In this document: positions 20,301 to 29,500 of the stretch, in pieces
Numbering within the stretch: position 1 is the first letter of the stretch
Layout of the letters: the number at the start of each line of letters is the position of its first letter
NCBI GenBank assembly: GCA_963823665.1
Contig: CAWGMQ010000004.1
Location: forward strand, 2,368,001 to 2,432,000
Source of the DNA: an uncultured Planctomycetota bacterium
GTDB taxonomy: Bacteria; Planctomycetota; Planctomycetia; Isosphaerales; Isosphaeraceae
Direction of reading: 5' to 3'
DNA: 64,000 nucleotides
The notes under the pieces: model-generated
The model's database searches: none
Seen by the model: only the letters and a program-made list of their open reading frames with translations
What the model was told of the DNA's origin: nothing
Program-made: the position numbers and the translations under genes

Positions 20301-21182
20301 GTAACCATAATGGCCACCGTCCATAGCCCAGATCACCCGGCAGCCACGGTTACCATCATCGTCGTTGTCGCTGGTGAAGATGTTGCCGAAAGAGTTCAGT
20401 GATGTCTCATAGTTGTTGCGCTGGCGGTCGCAGATGATCTCGAACTGCGTCCCATCTCGATTGACCCGCAACATGTTGGCGAGTTGATCGGTCCAGACAT
20501 GGCGCCCGCTCTTGTCAATCACGTCGAAATTCTGTGGCCGCTCGGAATGATCATGTTGCACCGAGCAGCAGCCGTCACCGTGGGTGAAATAAAGCTTGCC
20601 GTCCAAGCCAAGCACCATGCCGTGCACGCCATGGTCGGAGTCAATGCCCCCAAACCCGGTCAACAGTGGATAGCGTTTGTCGGCCTTGTCGTCGCCGTCG
20701 TTATCTTCGAAGATGAGAAGGTCTGGGCTATTGCCGACGTAGACACGGCAGCCCTTGTAGCTTCCATCTTGGTTGTACTGCTCCTCCACAGCGATGCCCA
20801 TCGGAACAGGGAAGATCCGGTCGGCAAAGACGGTCACCTTATCCGCCTTGCCATCGCCGTCGATGTCTTCGAGGATCTTGATCTTGTCAGCCGTTTCGTC
20901 GCGATGAAACCGCCCGTTGCGTCCCCGACTCAGTCGATAGTTCAACCCCTCGGTAACCCACACCCTGCCGCGAGAATCGACGTCGATATTCGTGGGATTG
21001 GCCAGCATCGGCTCCGATGCCCACAAGGTCGCCTCGAGCCCAGGTGCTGCCTTGAGCCGTCGCGCCGATGCGTCGGGACTGACTTGGCCCAGCAGAGTCT
21101 CGGGCTGCATTCCTATCAGCCAGGCCAGGCCCAGTGCAGCCCAGGCAATGACCGTCCGCTGCCGAAACTTGTGACACGTCAT
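17372..21182 (-). CDS. PVC-type haem-binding CxxCH protein (beta-propeller dehydrogenase-like domain, HEAT repeats, cytochrome c), split by one frameshift near 19067
   Basis: ORF 19044-21209 has LWASEPMLANP, DSRGRVWV, GLDGKLY, WFRPVD. ORF 17372-19141 has CAGCH, VGPDLS, SLMPEGL. Frames join at ...LPGLRS / ELQQAT. Confidence 0.88.
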
Positions 21183-21381
21183 CGGCGGTAACTCCAGACA
21201 CGGTTGCACGGGAAATCAAGCCGTGAGCTTCAATCCCGCACTTGTGGCAAATGACTCGATTCGTCGTCAGGAGACGGCACGCAACGGGTTTCCCCATTGT
21301 CTCGCAGTCCCGTGCGAGCGTCCAGTGTCGAAAAAACTGAATGGCGGGCTACGTTCTCGCGTCGATTCTCAGCCACCTGGT

Positions 21382-23160
21382 TCACTCTTCCAAGACTTCC
21401 CAGCGTTCGTAAGCAGCCGCGAGAGCGGCTTCAAGTTCTTCGAGATGAGACTTCGCTTGCGCGATGGCGGCTCGCTCTTGCTTGTAAAAAGCTGGATCGG
21501 CCATCGTCGCGTGCAGCTCGCGAAGCTCTGATTCGAGACTCTCAATCCGTCCTGGGAGTGCTTCCATCTCTTGCTTTTCCTTGAAACTGAGTTTCTTTCG
21601 CCGTCCGGGCATACCAGGATTTTGCACCCGCTCACTGCTTGCACTTGGTTTCTCTTCAATGGCCAATGGCTCGGGACGCTGGCACAAATAGTCGTCATAA
21701 CCGCCGTCGTATTCCCCGATCTGGCCATCTGGCTCAATCGCAAGCGTACTCGTGACCACCTCGTTGAGGAATGCGCGATCGTGGCTCACGAGTAACACCG
21801 TTCCCTGGTATGCGACAAGCAAGGACTCGAGTAGTTCGAGCGTTTCGATGTCGAGGTCGTTGGTCGGCTCGTCAAGCACCAGAAGATTCGACGGTTTGGC
21901 AAAGAGCCGCGCCAGCAGTAGCCGGCTTCGTTCGCCGCCGGAAAGAAACTTCACAAGGCTGCGCGATCGCTCGGGTGCGAACAAGAAATCCTCAAGATAA
22001 CTGATGATGTGACGAGGCTGGCCATTGATCGGGATTGTGTCGTAGTCGCTCAGGTTCTGCTGAACGGTCTTGCTCTCATCCAGAGTTGCTTTCAACTGGT
22101 CGAAGTACGCAACTTCCAGCCGTGTACCGTGCCGGATCGTTCCTGCTTGGGGTGGAAGCTCACCGAGCAGCAACCGGATCAAGGTGGTTTTGCCAGCGGC
22201 ATTCGCGCCGATCACACCTACCTTGTCACCCCGGAGGATCGTCGTCGACAAGTCCTGCACGACCCTGTGATCACCATATCCGAAACTCACGCTCCTGGCT
22301 TCGATGACCAGAGCGCCTGACCGTTCTGCTTCCTGCGCCTGGATTCGTGCAACTCCTTGCCGCTCGCGTCGTCGCCGTCGTTCGACTCGCATGGCCTCAA
22401 GCGCTCGCACTCGGCCTTCGTTGCGAGTTCGACGTGCTTCGATTCCCTTGCGGATCCAGACCTCTTCCTGAGCCAGCTTCTTGTCGAACAGCTCCTGCTG
22501 CTTTGCCTCGGCCGAGAAGAGCTCGTCGCGACGCTTCAGAAAAGTCGCGTAATTACAGGCCCAGTCATACAATCGCCCACGATCGAGCTCGACAATTCGC
22601 GTTGCCAGTTTCTCGAGAAAGACACGATCATGGGTCACGAAGACGATCGTTCCGGCGGAACGTAGCAGGAACGCTTCGAGCCAGCGGATCGATTCGATAT
22701 CAAGATGATTGGTCGGCTCATCCAGTAGCAGAATGTCAGGTTCGACGACCAGCGCTCTGGCAAGCAACACGCGCCGTTTCATTCCCGAGGAAAGGTTCTC
22801 AAAACGTCTGTCCGGGTCCAGACTCAGTCGAGAAACAACAGCCTGCACTCGATGGTCTGAATCGACTGCCTGGTAGCCCTGCTCCCGTAACCCTTCGGCT
22901 ACCTGCTCGGCAACCGTACCGGCTCGATCTCGTGGAACCTCCTGAGGCAATAGCGAAACAATCAAACCCTGCTGGCGAATGACATCGCCCTCATCGGGTT
23001 CAAGCTCGCCTTTGATCAAACGCAAGAGCGTACTCTTGCCCTCACCGTTTCGACCCATCAGGCAAAGTCGCTCACCACGCTCGATCTGTAATGATGCCTG
23101 ATCGAACAGCCGCGGTCCCCCAAAGGCCAGGCTGACTTTTCGTAGACTGAAGAGCGCCAT
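21382..23160 (-). CDS. uup: ABC-F family ATPase Uup
   Basis: Two ABC domains (GRNGEGKST, GANAAGKTT), linker EEVWIRKGIEARRTRNEGRVRAL, C-terminal KLSFKE...YERWEVLE. Confidence 0.92.
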   Translation of the reverse strand: MALFSLRKVSLAFGGPRLFDQASLQIERGERLCLMGRNGEGKSTLLRLIKGELEPDEGDVIRQQGLIVSLLPQEVPRDRAGTVAEQVAEGLREQGYQAVDSDHRVQAVVSRLSLDPDRRFENLSSGMKRRVLLARALVVEPDILLLDEPTNHLDIESIRWLEAFLLRSAGTIVFVTHDRVFLEKLATRIVELDRGRLYDWACNYATFLKRRDELFSAEAKQQELFDKKLAQEEVWIRKGIEARRTRNEGRVRALEAMRVERRRRRERQGVARIQAQEAERSGALVIEARSVSFGYGDHRVVQDLSTTILRGDKVGVIGANAAGKTTLIRLLLGELPPQAGTIRHGTRLEVAYFDQLKATLDESKTVQQNLSDYDTIPINGQPRHIISYLEDFLFAPERSRSLVKFLSGGERSRLLLARLFAKPSNLLVLDEPTNDLDIETLELLESLLVAYQGTVLLVSHDRAFLNEVVTSTLAIEPDGQIGEYDGGYDDYLCQRPEPLAIEEKPSASSERVQNPGMPGRRKKLSFKEKQEMEALPGRIESLESELRELHATMADPAFYKQERAAIAQAKSHLEELEAALAAAYERWEVLEE

Positions 23161-23208
23161 ACATTCACTCGTGGCGGTATTCCGCGTGACACGCGCATCC
23201 GCCAGTAA

Positions 23209-24276
23209 TTACATTTCTTCGCCGTAGACTTGCTTTAGCTTGGCGCCTCGGTGCTCACCGTGAATCACTCGAATGGTGCCTGATCGGGCACGCATCACGA
23301 TTGACTCGGTGGTTGCGTAATCGGCCGAGAAGCGGACACCCTGTACCAGCACGCCGTCGGTTACCCCGGTGGCGGCGAAGAATACGTCGTCTCCCTTGAC
23401 AAGATCGTCTGTACTCAGCACCCGACCAAGGTCATAACCGGCGGCAATGGCGGCATCGCGCTCCTGATCGTTTCGAGGGTGTAGCCGGCCCTGAATCACT
23501 CCACCGAGACACTTGAGCGCGGCTGCCGAAACAACTCCTTCGGGCGTCCCGCCGATTCCGTAAAGCAGATCGACTCCGGTACCTCGCCGTGCTGCGGAGA
23601 TCGCCCCGGCGACGTCACCGTCAGTGATCAAGTAAACGCGAGCTCCCAACTTACGCACTCGCTCCACAATTTCATCATGACGTGGGCGATCGAGGATCAT
23701 CATTGTCACTTCGCTCACGAGCATTCGTTTAATTCGTGCGATCTGCTTGATATTGGTCTCGACCGGCGCCGTGATATCAATGGCCGGTGCCGATTCTCTC
23801 CCAGTCGCGATTTTTTCCATGTAGACGCACGGACCGGGGTTGTACATTGCGCCCCGCTCGGCGACAGCGACGACCGAGAGAGCATTGGCCTCACCTCTCG
23901 AAACCAGGCGAGTGCCATCGATGGGGTCAACGGCGACATCGACTGCCGGCTCATCGCCGGTTCCGATCGACTCGCCGTTATATAGCATGGGTGCCTGGTC
24001 TTTTTCGCCTTCCCCGATAACGACCACCCCGTCCATGTGCACCATGTTGAAGAACAACCGCATTGCGTCAACCGCCGCTTGGTCGGCGGCGTTCTTGTCT
24101 CCCCGCCCAACCCAGCGCGCGGCCGCAAGCGCCGCAGCCTCGGTACATCGCACCAGGTCAAGCGACAAGTTGTAATCCGGCATCGGATCAATTCGCCGCC
24201 CTGCGGACCGCTCTGCTCTACTCTGCCCGAACACCGTCCCCCCAACCGGGTTCCTTTCACCCGAATCAATCGACAT
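23209..24276 (-). CDS. glpX: Class II fructose-1,6-bisphosphatase
   Basis: [55 protein letters not shown]. Start at 24276 or 24183. Confidence 0.95.
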   Translation of the reverse strand: MSIDSGERNPVGGTVFGQSRAERSAGRRIDPMPDYNLSLDLVRCTEAAALAAARWVGRGDKNAADQAAVDAMRLFFNMVHMDGVVVIGEGEKDQAPMLYNGESIGTGDEPAVDVAVDPIDGTRLVSRGEANALSVVAVAERGAMYNPGPCVYMEKIATGRESAPAIDITAPVETNIKQIARIKRMLVSEVTMMILDRPRHDEIVERVRKLGARVYLITDGDVAGAISAARRGTGVDLLYGIGGTPEGVVSAAALKCLGGVIQGRLHPRNDQERDAAIAAGYDLGRVLSTDDLVKGDDVFFAATGVTDGVLVQGVRFSADYATTESIVMRARSGTIRVIHGEHRGAKLKQVYGEEM

Positions 24277-24345
24277 AGATGGTCCCTGCATTTCGTAGTT
24301 ATTTGTTCGCTTGAAGTGCACCAAACCCGGCATCGTGGTTTTCGC

Positions 24346-25092
24346 TCAGGGCAGCTCCCTGACCCGTAACTGCCGAAATTCAACCGGTGCTCCTTCTGAC
24401 TCCAGACAAAGATAACCCGCCCGCGGCTCGCAGCCGGTTCCTCCGGAAACTTCCTCTCCGTTGACCCACAGGCGAACCTCGCCGTTTACGCACCGCACGT
24501 AGTAGTGATTCCACTGGCCGACGCCCTTGCTCATGTGCTTCGAGGGGAAACTGCGGTTACCGTCCGGTGAGACCGGTGGGAACGGCGTCATCCTGGATGT
24601 CCCGACCGGGAAGACATCGCCGTCGGTGGTGAACCAGTCCGCCTTCTTGCCAGTCTGTTTCTCATATTGGTCTTTATAACCGTGATCGAGCACTTGAACT
24701 TCAATGCCGCCGCGCGGCAGCGTACCGGGTTTGAGCCCCTCGAGCGAGGCTTCTGCGGCCCAGACGAATATTCCTGAGTTTCCGCCCGGCTGGAGATGCC
24801 GCCACTGCGCCACCAGCTCGAAGTTGGTGAGCATCTTTCGAGTGCGTGTCACGCCCACTGGCCGGCCGGTGCAGTGCACTTCGCCATCTTTCCAGCTCCA
24901 GGTTTCGGGCGCACAGTTCACGCTAACGAAATCTTCCTCGCCCAGCGACCGCCAGCCAGGTCCCGTTCCGTCCAGGTACGCTCTGGGAAGCGACTGTGCC
25001 GGTTCATCCGCCAGCGCAAGCGCGACCAGCGCAAAGATCGCGGATAGCCAACCAAGTCTGCCTAAACCACGGCGGACCGAAATGGTGTTCAT
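24346..25092 (-). CDS. DUF1080 (3-keto-disaccharide hydrolase-like) exported protein
   Basis: Signal peptide, NFELVAQW, GNSGIF, GIEVQVLD, GQWNHY, GYLCLESEG...FR. AGAGGAG RBS before ATG 25092. Confidence 0.88.
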   Translation of the reverse strand: MNTISVRRGLGRLGWLSAIFALVALALADEPAQSLPRAYLDGTGPGWRSLGEEDFVSVNCAPETWSWKDGEVHCTGRPVGVTRTRKMLTNFELVAQWRHLQPGGNSGIFVWAAEASLEGLKPGTLPRGGIEVQVLDHGYKDQYEKQTGKKADWFTTDGDVFPVGTSRMTPFPPVSPDGNRSFPSKHMSKGVGQWNHYYVRCVNGEVRLWVNGEEVSGGTGCEPRAGYLCLESEGAPVEFRQLRVRELP

Positions 25093-25347
25093 CTCGGTTT
25101 TTCTCCTCTGGTTGCACCGGGGATATTTCAGCCTGCCATCATGACGTTTGGCAAACGCTGGGACAAGGCAGCCGATGGCAACCGTACTAACCGCCGGCTG
25201 AATTCGGGCCGTCAATCTTCGAAGGTTTGTTATGATAGATAGCGCGAGCATTGAGTCGAGAGCCTGATGCCCGCTCGGCAAGTACCGAGATCATCTGGCA
25301 TGGCTTGCGCACTAAACCTTCTTGGTAAACGGATGGATGGTGAGGTC

Positions 25348-26576
25348 ATGAAAGAAGGTACGATTTCGTCATCGGCGAAAACACTCTCCGCCCATGTTAT
25401 GACCGCGCTCATCACGCTGACGCTCGTGTTTGTCATATCCGGTGGTCGCCTATCCGGTCGGCTCTTGCCTGTGCAGACGCCAGAGCCCAGGCGTGAGGGC
25501 AACGCGCCTCCTCCTCCAAGGCCTGCCTTGCAAGAGGCACTGACAACAGCCGCGCGCGCGCGGCCAATTCGCAGACTCCCCTGCCCCCTGAAGATGTACT
25601 CAAGGAGCTCGATCCGGACGAGCAGAACAATGTGCGAGTCTATGCCGCGGCGAACAAGGGCGTGGTGAATATCACCACCGAGGCAGATGGCCTGGGCTTC
25701 TTCGGCGACGAATCGTCCACTGGAACCGGCTCGGGATTCGTGCTCGACAAGCAAGGCCATATCCTCACGAACTATCACGTGGTGCAGCAGGCCAATTCGG
25801 TGCGTGTCAGGCTCTTTGACGGGACACCTTACGACGCCAAGGTTATCGGAGCCGACGCCTCCACAGACGTCGCGGTGCTCGTGATCCAGGTGGCGCCTGA
25901 GAAGCTATTTCCTCTCACCCTTGGTGATTCTTCCAAAGTCCTGGTCGGTCAAAAGATCCTGGCGCTGGGAAATCCGTTCGGCCTGGAACGCACTCTGACT
26001 GCGGGTATCATCAGCAGCCTCGATCGCTCGCTGAAGGCCAAGAACGGACGGATGATCAAGGGTATCATCCAGACCGACGCAGCGATCAATCCTGGTAATT
26101 CGGGTGGTCCACTTCTGAATTCCAAGGGACAAGTTATCGGCCTGAATACCGCGATTGTAAGTCAGGTCGGGCAGTCTGCCGGAATCAGCTTCGCTGTGCC
26201 GATCAACTCGATCGCCCGAATCCTCGACCAGTTGATCGTGAATGGCAGAGTGATCCGGGCTGACCTGGGGATCACGCGAGTTTATGCCACTGGAAACGGG
26301 CTTCTCGTCCTGGATCTAGTCGAGGGAGGTCCTGCCGACCAGGCGGGAATTCAACCAATCCGTGTGCGGGTTGAACGAATCGCCCCTGGTATCGTTCGCC
26401 AGTCACTCGACCGCGAGTCTGCTGATCTCGTCGTCGCCGTCGAACACAAACGCGTGCATACCGTCGAAGAGCTTCTGAACGAAGTGGAAAAGCACCATCC
26501 CGGCGATACGGTCCGCGTCACCGTTGTACGCGATGGCAAACCGCTTGATATCCCTGTCCGGCTTGGGCGATCCTGA
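25348..26576 (+). CDS. HtrA/DegP-like trypsin serine protease with PDZ domain, one frameshift between ~25500 and 25600
   Basis: GTGSGF, LTNYHVV, DVAVL, IQTDAAINPGNSGGPLLN and PDZ. The N-terminal TM anchor lies in another frame (ORF 25267-25668). Confidence 0.9.
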
Positions 26577-26606
26577 TGCGCATCTTTCGATGCGGCATGC
26601 AGATGA

Positions 26607-28646
26607 TCATACGTGTCGTACCAAGAATTCCTCAGGTCGATGGTGCTTGACGGTGAGTTTGATCACTGCGCCACGCGAGCTAGCGCGTGCATTTGTTTGA
26701 GCATTCGAAACGATGCCAAAAAATGTGGTCCTGGTCGAAGTGATCGCCGCTTGACTGACCACCTTGATCGAATAGCCGAGTCCGACCCGATTCAACGTCA
26801 AGCCGCCAAACGCCGCCACTCCGTTCTGTGCCTGTAGAGTGAGAATGCCACCGAGCCGGCCACCGCCGGGCCCGCTCGCTCGCGATAATTTCACACTACC
26901 CGAATACGAATTCTCTAAGTTGCCAAATTGGTCTACGACGGCCACGCTTACCCCAAATGGCTGGTTTACGCCGATTCGCGCTGTTGGCTCGGAGAGGATG
27001 GCCAGCCGATTCGCGGCCGCCGGTGTTACCATAACGGGGTTTGTGATCGCGACGCTTTGGGCATAGGCTGCCTGGAGCGTATATCCCCTGCCCGCAACCT
27101 TGAGCGTGAGTCCAGCGAAGTTCGCTATTCCGTTCTGCGCCATGACGGTGAGCGTTCCACTCAGTGCGTCTCCCGTAGGATTATTTCCGAGCGATACCGT
27201 GATGCTTCCACTCCAGCCCTGCTCAATCATGCCGGCTGCGTTTTCGAACGCGACTGAAAAACCGAGGCCAGAACCGGCCTTCACAATTGCCGGCGGTTCA
27301 GTCGACACAACGAGTTTGTTCGTGGAGCCATAGGTTCCCAGGTCGTTCACCAAGACGTTCGCCTCTGGCGAACCCAATCCCGTCACTTCGTCATAGCCCA
27401 GCGCGGCACTGAAGCCGCCGTTACTGCCACTTGTGATGTCATGGTAGTCAGCAGTTGAGATCGAGTAAATTGCCGGCAATGTCTGACTCTCGCCGTTTAA
27501 CGTCGTGTTCCCCACGGCGGCTCGTTCCTGATTGGCTATCGCGATCAAGCTTGCCCAGATAGGTGCGGAAAAACTTGTGCCCCCTACCTGCTCCCATGGA
27601 GTCTCGCTGGTGTTGTTATAGGAGTCGAAGACTGCGACGCCTGTATCGGGATTAGCGTCGGAAGAAACGTCCGGAATGCTCCTGCGCAACGTGCCTGTGA
27701 TTGCAGCCTGGTAGTCCGGCTTCGTTTCAAACGCGCTGATACCACCACCGCTATCTGACCAAGCCGTCTCGCTGCCGTAAAATCCGTTTGCGCTCAGATA
27801 GAGGCTCGTTCCTCCGACGGCGAGCACATTCGGTGAATAAGCAGGATATTCACCGGGCGAACCCTGGTCTCCCGTGGAGGCCACAAACGTGACACCCTCG
27901 TGCCCGACCGGTGTTGTAAAATCAGTGTCGTAAGAAGTCTCGCCGCTGAATTCACTCGACCCCCAACTCATTGAGACAACCGACACGCCGGAAAGCCTCG
28001 CGGCGGTCATGACTCCCTGAAACATGTCAACGCTGCTGGCTGAGGCGCATTCGATAAGCACGATATTTGCTCCGGGCGCGAGTGCGTGGACCCATTCAAC
28101 GTCGAGGGCTTCCTCAACTTCCCAGTTCCCTTGCGGATTCCCGGCCCCAGCCGGGTCAGGACCAGGCAGATTGGTCATGCTTCCGTATTCGTTGATCTTG
28201 AAGAAACTGGGTGGGTTCTGTAACCCAAACATCTGATCAAACTTAGCCAGGTCACTGCCGAGAAAGCCGGGTCGTGTACTGTCCAGGAGTGCCGGATCGT
28301 CATAGGCGTCGACGACGGCGATCGTCTGGCCTGTACCATTGCCGATGCTGTTCAACCCGTACGCCTGAATCATCTGTGCCGGCGTGTAACCTGAAGGGTC
28401 GTTTGATCCCCAGCCCGCCGACGATATTGCTGACTTCACTGTACCGAGCGCGGTCAGGTCTGGGCCGTGGGATTGAACTCGCTCAAACGCTGGCTGCATG
28501 AGCACCGGCAAGTCAGCGCCGATGCTCGCTGTTGCCATCGAAAGCTCTGTCGGGACCACTCGAGCCTCCATGCTCTCCAGTGCATGACGCACAGAATGGC
28601 GATGTCGTGGCCGTTGCGCGTGGACGGAGCACCCAAACATTTTCAT
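26607..28646 (-). CDS. S53 (sedolisin-like) peptidase with two C-terminal Ig-like repeats
   Basis: GYTPAQMIQAYG, EEALDVEW, SMSWG, STGDQG, IPDVS, GGTSFSAP, GYDEVTGLGSP. LESMEARVVP planctomycete-type N-terminal motif. Confidence 0.9.
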   Translation of the reverse strand: MKMFGCSVHAQRPRHRHSVRHALESMEARVVPTELSMATASIGADLPVLMQPAFERVQSHGPDLTALGTVKSAISSAGWGSNDPSGYTPAQMIQAYGLNSIGNGTGQTIAVVDAYDDPALLDSTRPGFLGSDLAKFDQMFGLQNPPSFFKINEYGSMTNLPGPDPAGAGNPQGNWEVEEALDVEWVHALAPGANIVLIECASASSVDMFQGVMTAARLSGVSVVSMSWGSSEFSGETSYDTDFTTPVGHEGVTFVASTGDQGSPGEYPAYSPNVLAVGGTSLYLSANGFYGSETAWSDSGGGISAFETKPDYQAAITGTLRRSIPDVSSDANPDTGVAVFDSYNNTSETPWEQVGGTSFSAPIWASLIAIANQERAAVGNTTLNGESQTLPAIYSISTADYHDITSGSNGGFSAALGYDEVTGLGSPEANVLVNDLGTYGSTNKLVVSTEPPAIVKAGSGLGFSVAFENAAGMIEQGWSGSITVSLGNNPTGDALSGTLTVMAQNGIANFAGLTLKVAGRGYTLQAAYAQSVAITNPVMVTPAAANRLAILSEPTARIGVNQPFGVSVAVVDQFGNLENSYSGSVKLSRASGPGGGRLGGILTLQAQNGVAAFGGLTLNRVGLGYSIKVVSQAAITSTRTTFFGIVSNAQTNARASSRGAVIKLTVKHHRPEEFLVRHV

Positions 28647-28946
28647 CGACTCGCAGCAGTGCCATCCGGTCTAACGACGAGCGGTTCACATCGAATACCG
28701 GCGCCAGGAGGCTCTAATCAGCTCGCTCTCTGTCATGCGTCCTTGAGAAATGTAGGCTGCAACTCGGAGTTGAATCTCACGGACCTCCGTCATGTTGATG
28801 ATTTCCGTCGGTTCCCACCTGGCCAAGCCCACCGCCATGCCGTGATTGACCGCATCAGCGTACGTTTGCACAATAGGCGAACTGATGAAACAGGAAGCCC
28901 TCGTGCCGATAACACACCGAAGTCAGAGCGTCAGGGTTACATCGAT

Positions 28947-29333
28947 ATGGATTTGTGGTATCAGGTCGCTGCGCTGTCGGTGGGCGGAGTTCTGGGTGTC
29001 AATGCCCGATACTGGCTGGGCGGCTTGATCAATCGCTGGGCAGGCTCGCAGTTCCCATGGGCAACGTTCACCATCAATATCACCGGTTCATTCGCAATCG
29101 GGCTTTGTACCGTTTTTCTGGCACGCTGGGCTCCGCATGCCCACGCGCGGCTAGTTGTCGTGGTCGGCTTCCTAGGGGGCTACACAACGTTCTCATCCTA
29201 TTCATTTGAATCGCTTGCACTCTGGGAACGGGGCGAGCGCATGCTCTGCCTGGTCTACATGTTTGGAAGCGTTGCCGGGGGTTTTGCGGGTGTTGTTCTC
29301 GGAACCGCACTTGGCCGGGGACTCGCGAAATGA
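28947..29333 (+). CDS. crcB: Fluoride efflux channel FluC
   Basis: GGVLGVNARY, FPWATFTINITGSF, GFLGGYTTFSSY. 128 aa from ATG 28947. Confidence 0.95.
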   Translation: MDLWYQVAALSVGGVLGVNARYWLGGLINRWAGSQFPWATFTINITGSFAIGLCTVFLARWAPHAHARLVVVVGFLGGYTTFSSYSFESLALWERGERMLCLVYMFGSVAGGFAGVVLGTALGRGLAK

Positions 29334-29500
29334 CACCCGACAGTGTCCATCTCCTTCGGAATTGGTTCTCGTCCAGGATGCCGAGTTTCTCCACTACTGA
29401 CATCATGACGAGAAATGATGCAGCTTCGGCTCGGTCACTGCGCGTTGACACAAGGACGGAACTGGCGATTGCTGCAATCGCACACAACCAAAGCGCGACA

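Noticed and set aside
20484..21191. Long antisense ORFs (for example 20484-21191, 54554-55624, 55864-56733, 60233-61087)
   Set aside because: Shadows of well-supported genes on the opposite strand in GC-rich DNA, with no recognisable motifs.
12459..24276. Dedicated sugar pathway linking the LacD-type aldolase, LarA and GlpX
   Set aside because: The genes are on different strands or separated by unrelated genes, with no kinase, transporter or larBCE in the window.
25551..25562. (CG)6 tract as a phase-variation switch in htrA
   Set aside because: It lies within the frameshift interval, but the exact site cannot be fixed, CG runs are common at high GC, and the window has many probable sequencing indels.
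28650..28946. Fluoride riboswitch upstream of crcB
   Set aside because: I could not find the GGCGATGG...CGCC / CTGATG-ACTCC arrangement. Only a partial GGCGAACTGATGA is present.
28467..28946. N-terminally extended 288-aa FluC
   Set aside because: The extension overlaps the opposite-strand S53 gene and looks non-coding. ATG 28947 gives the normal size.
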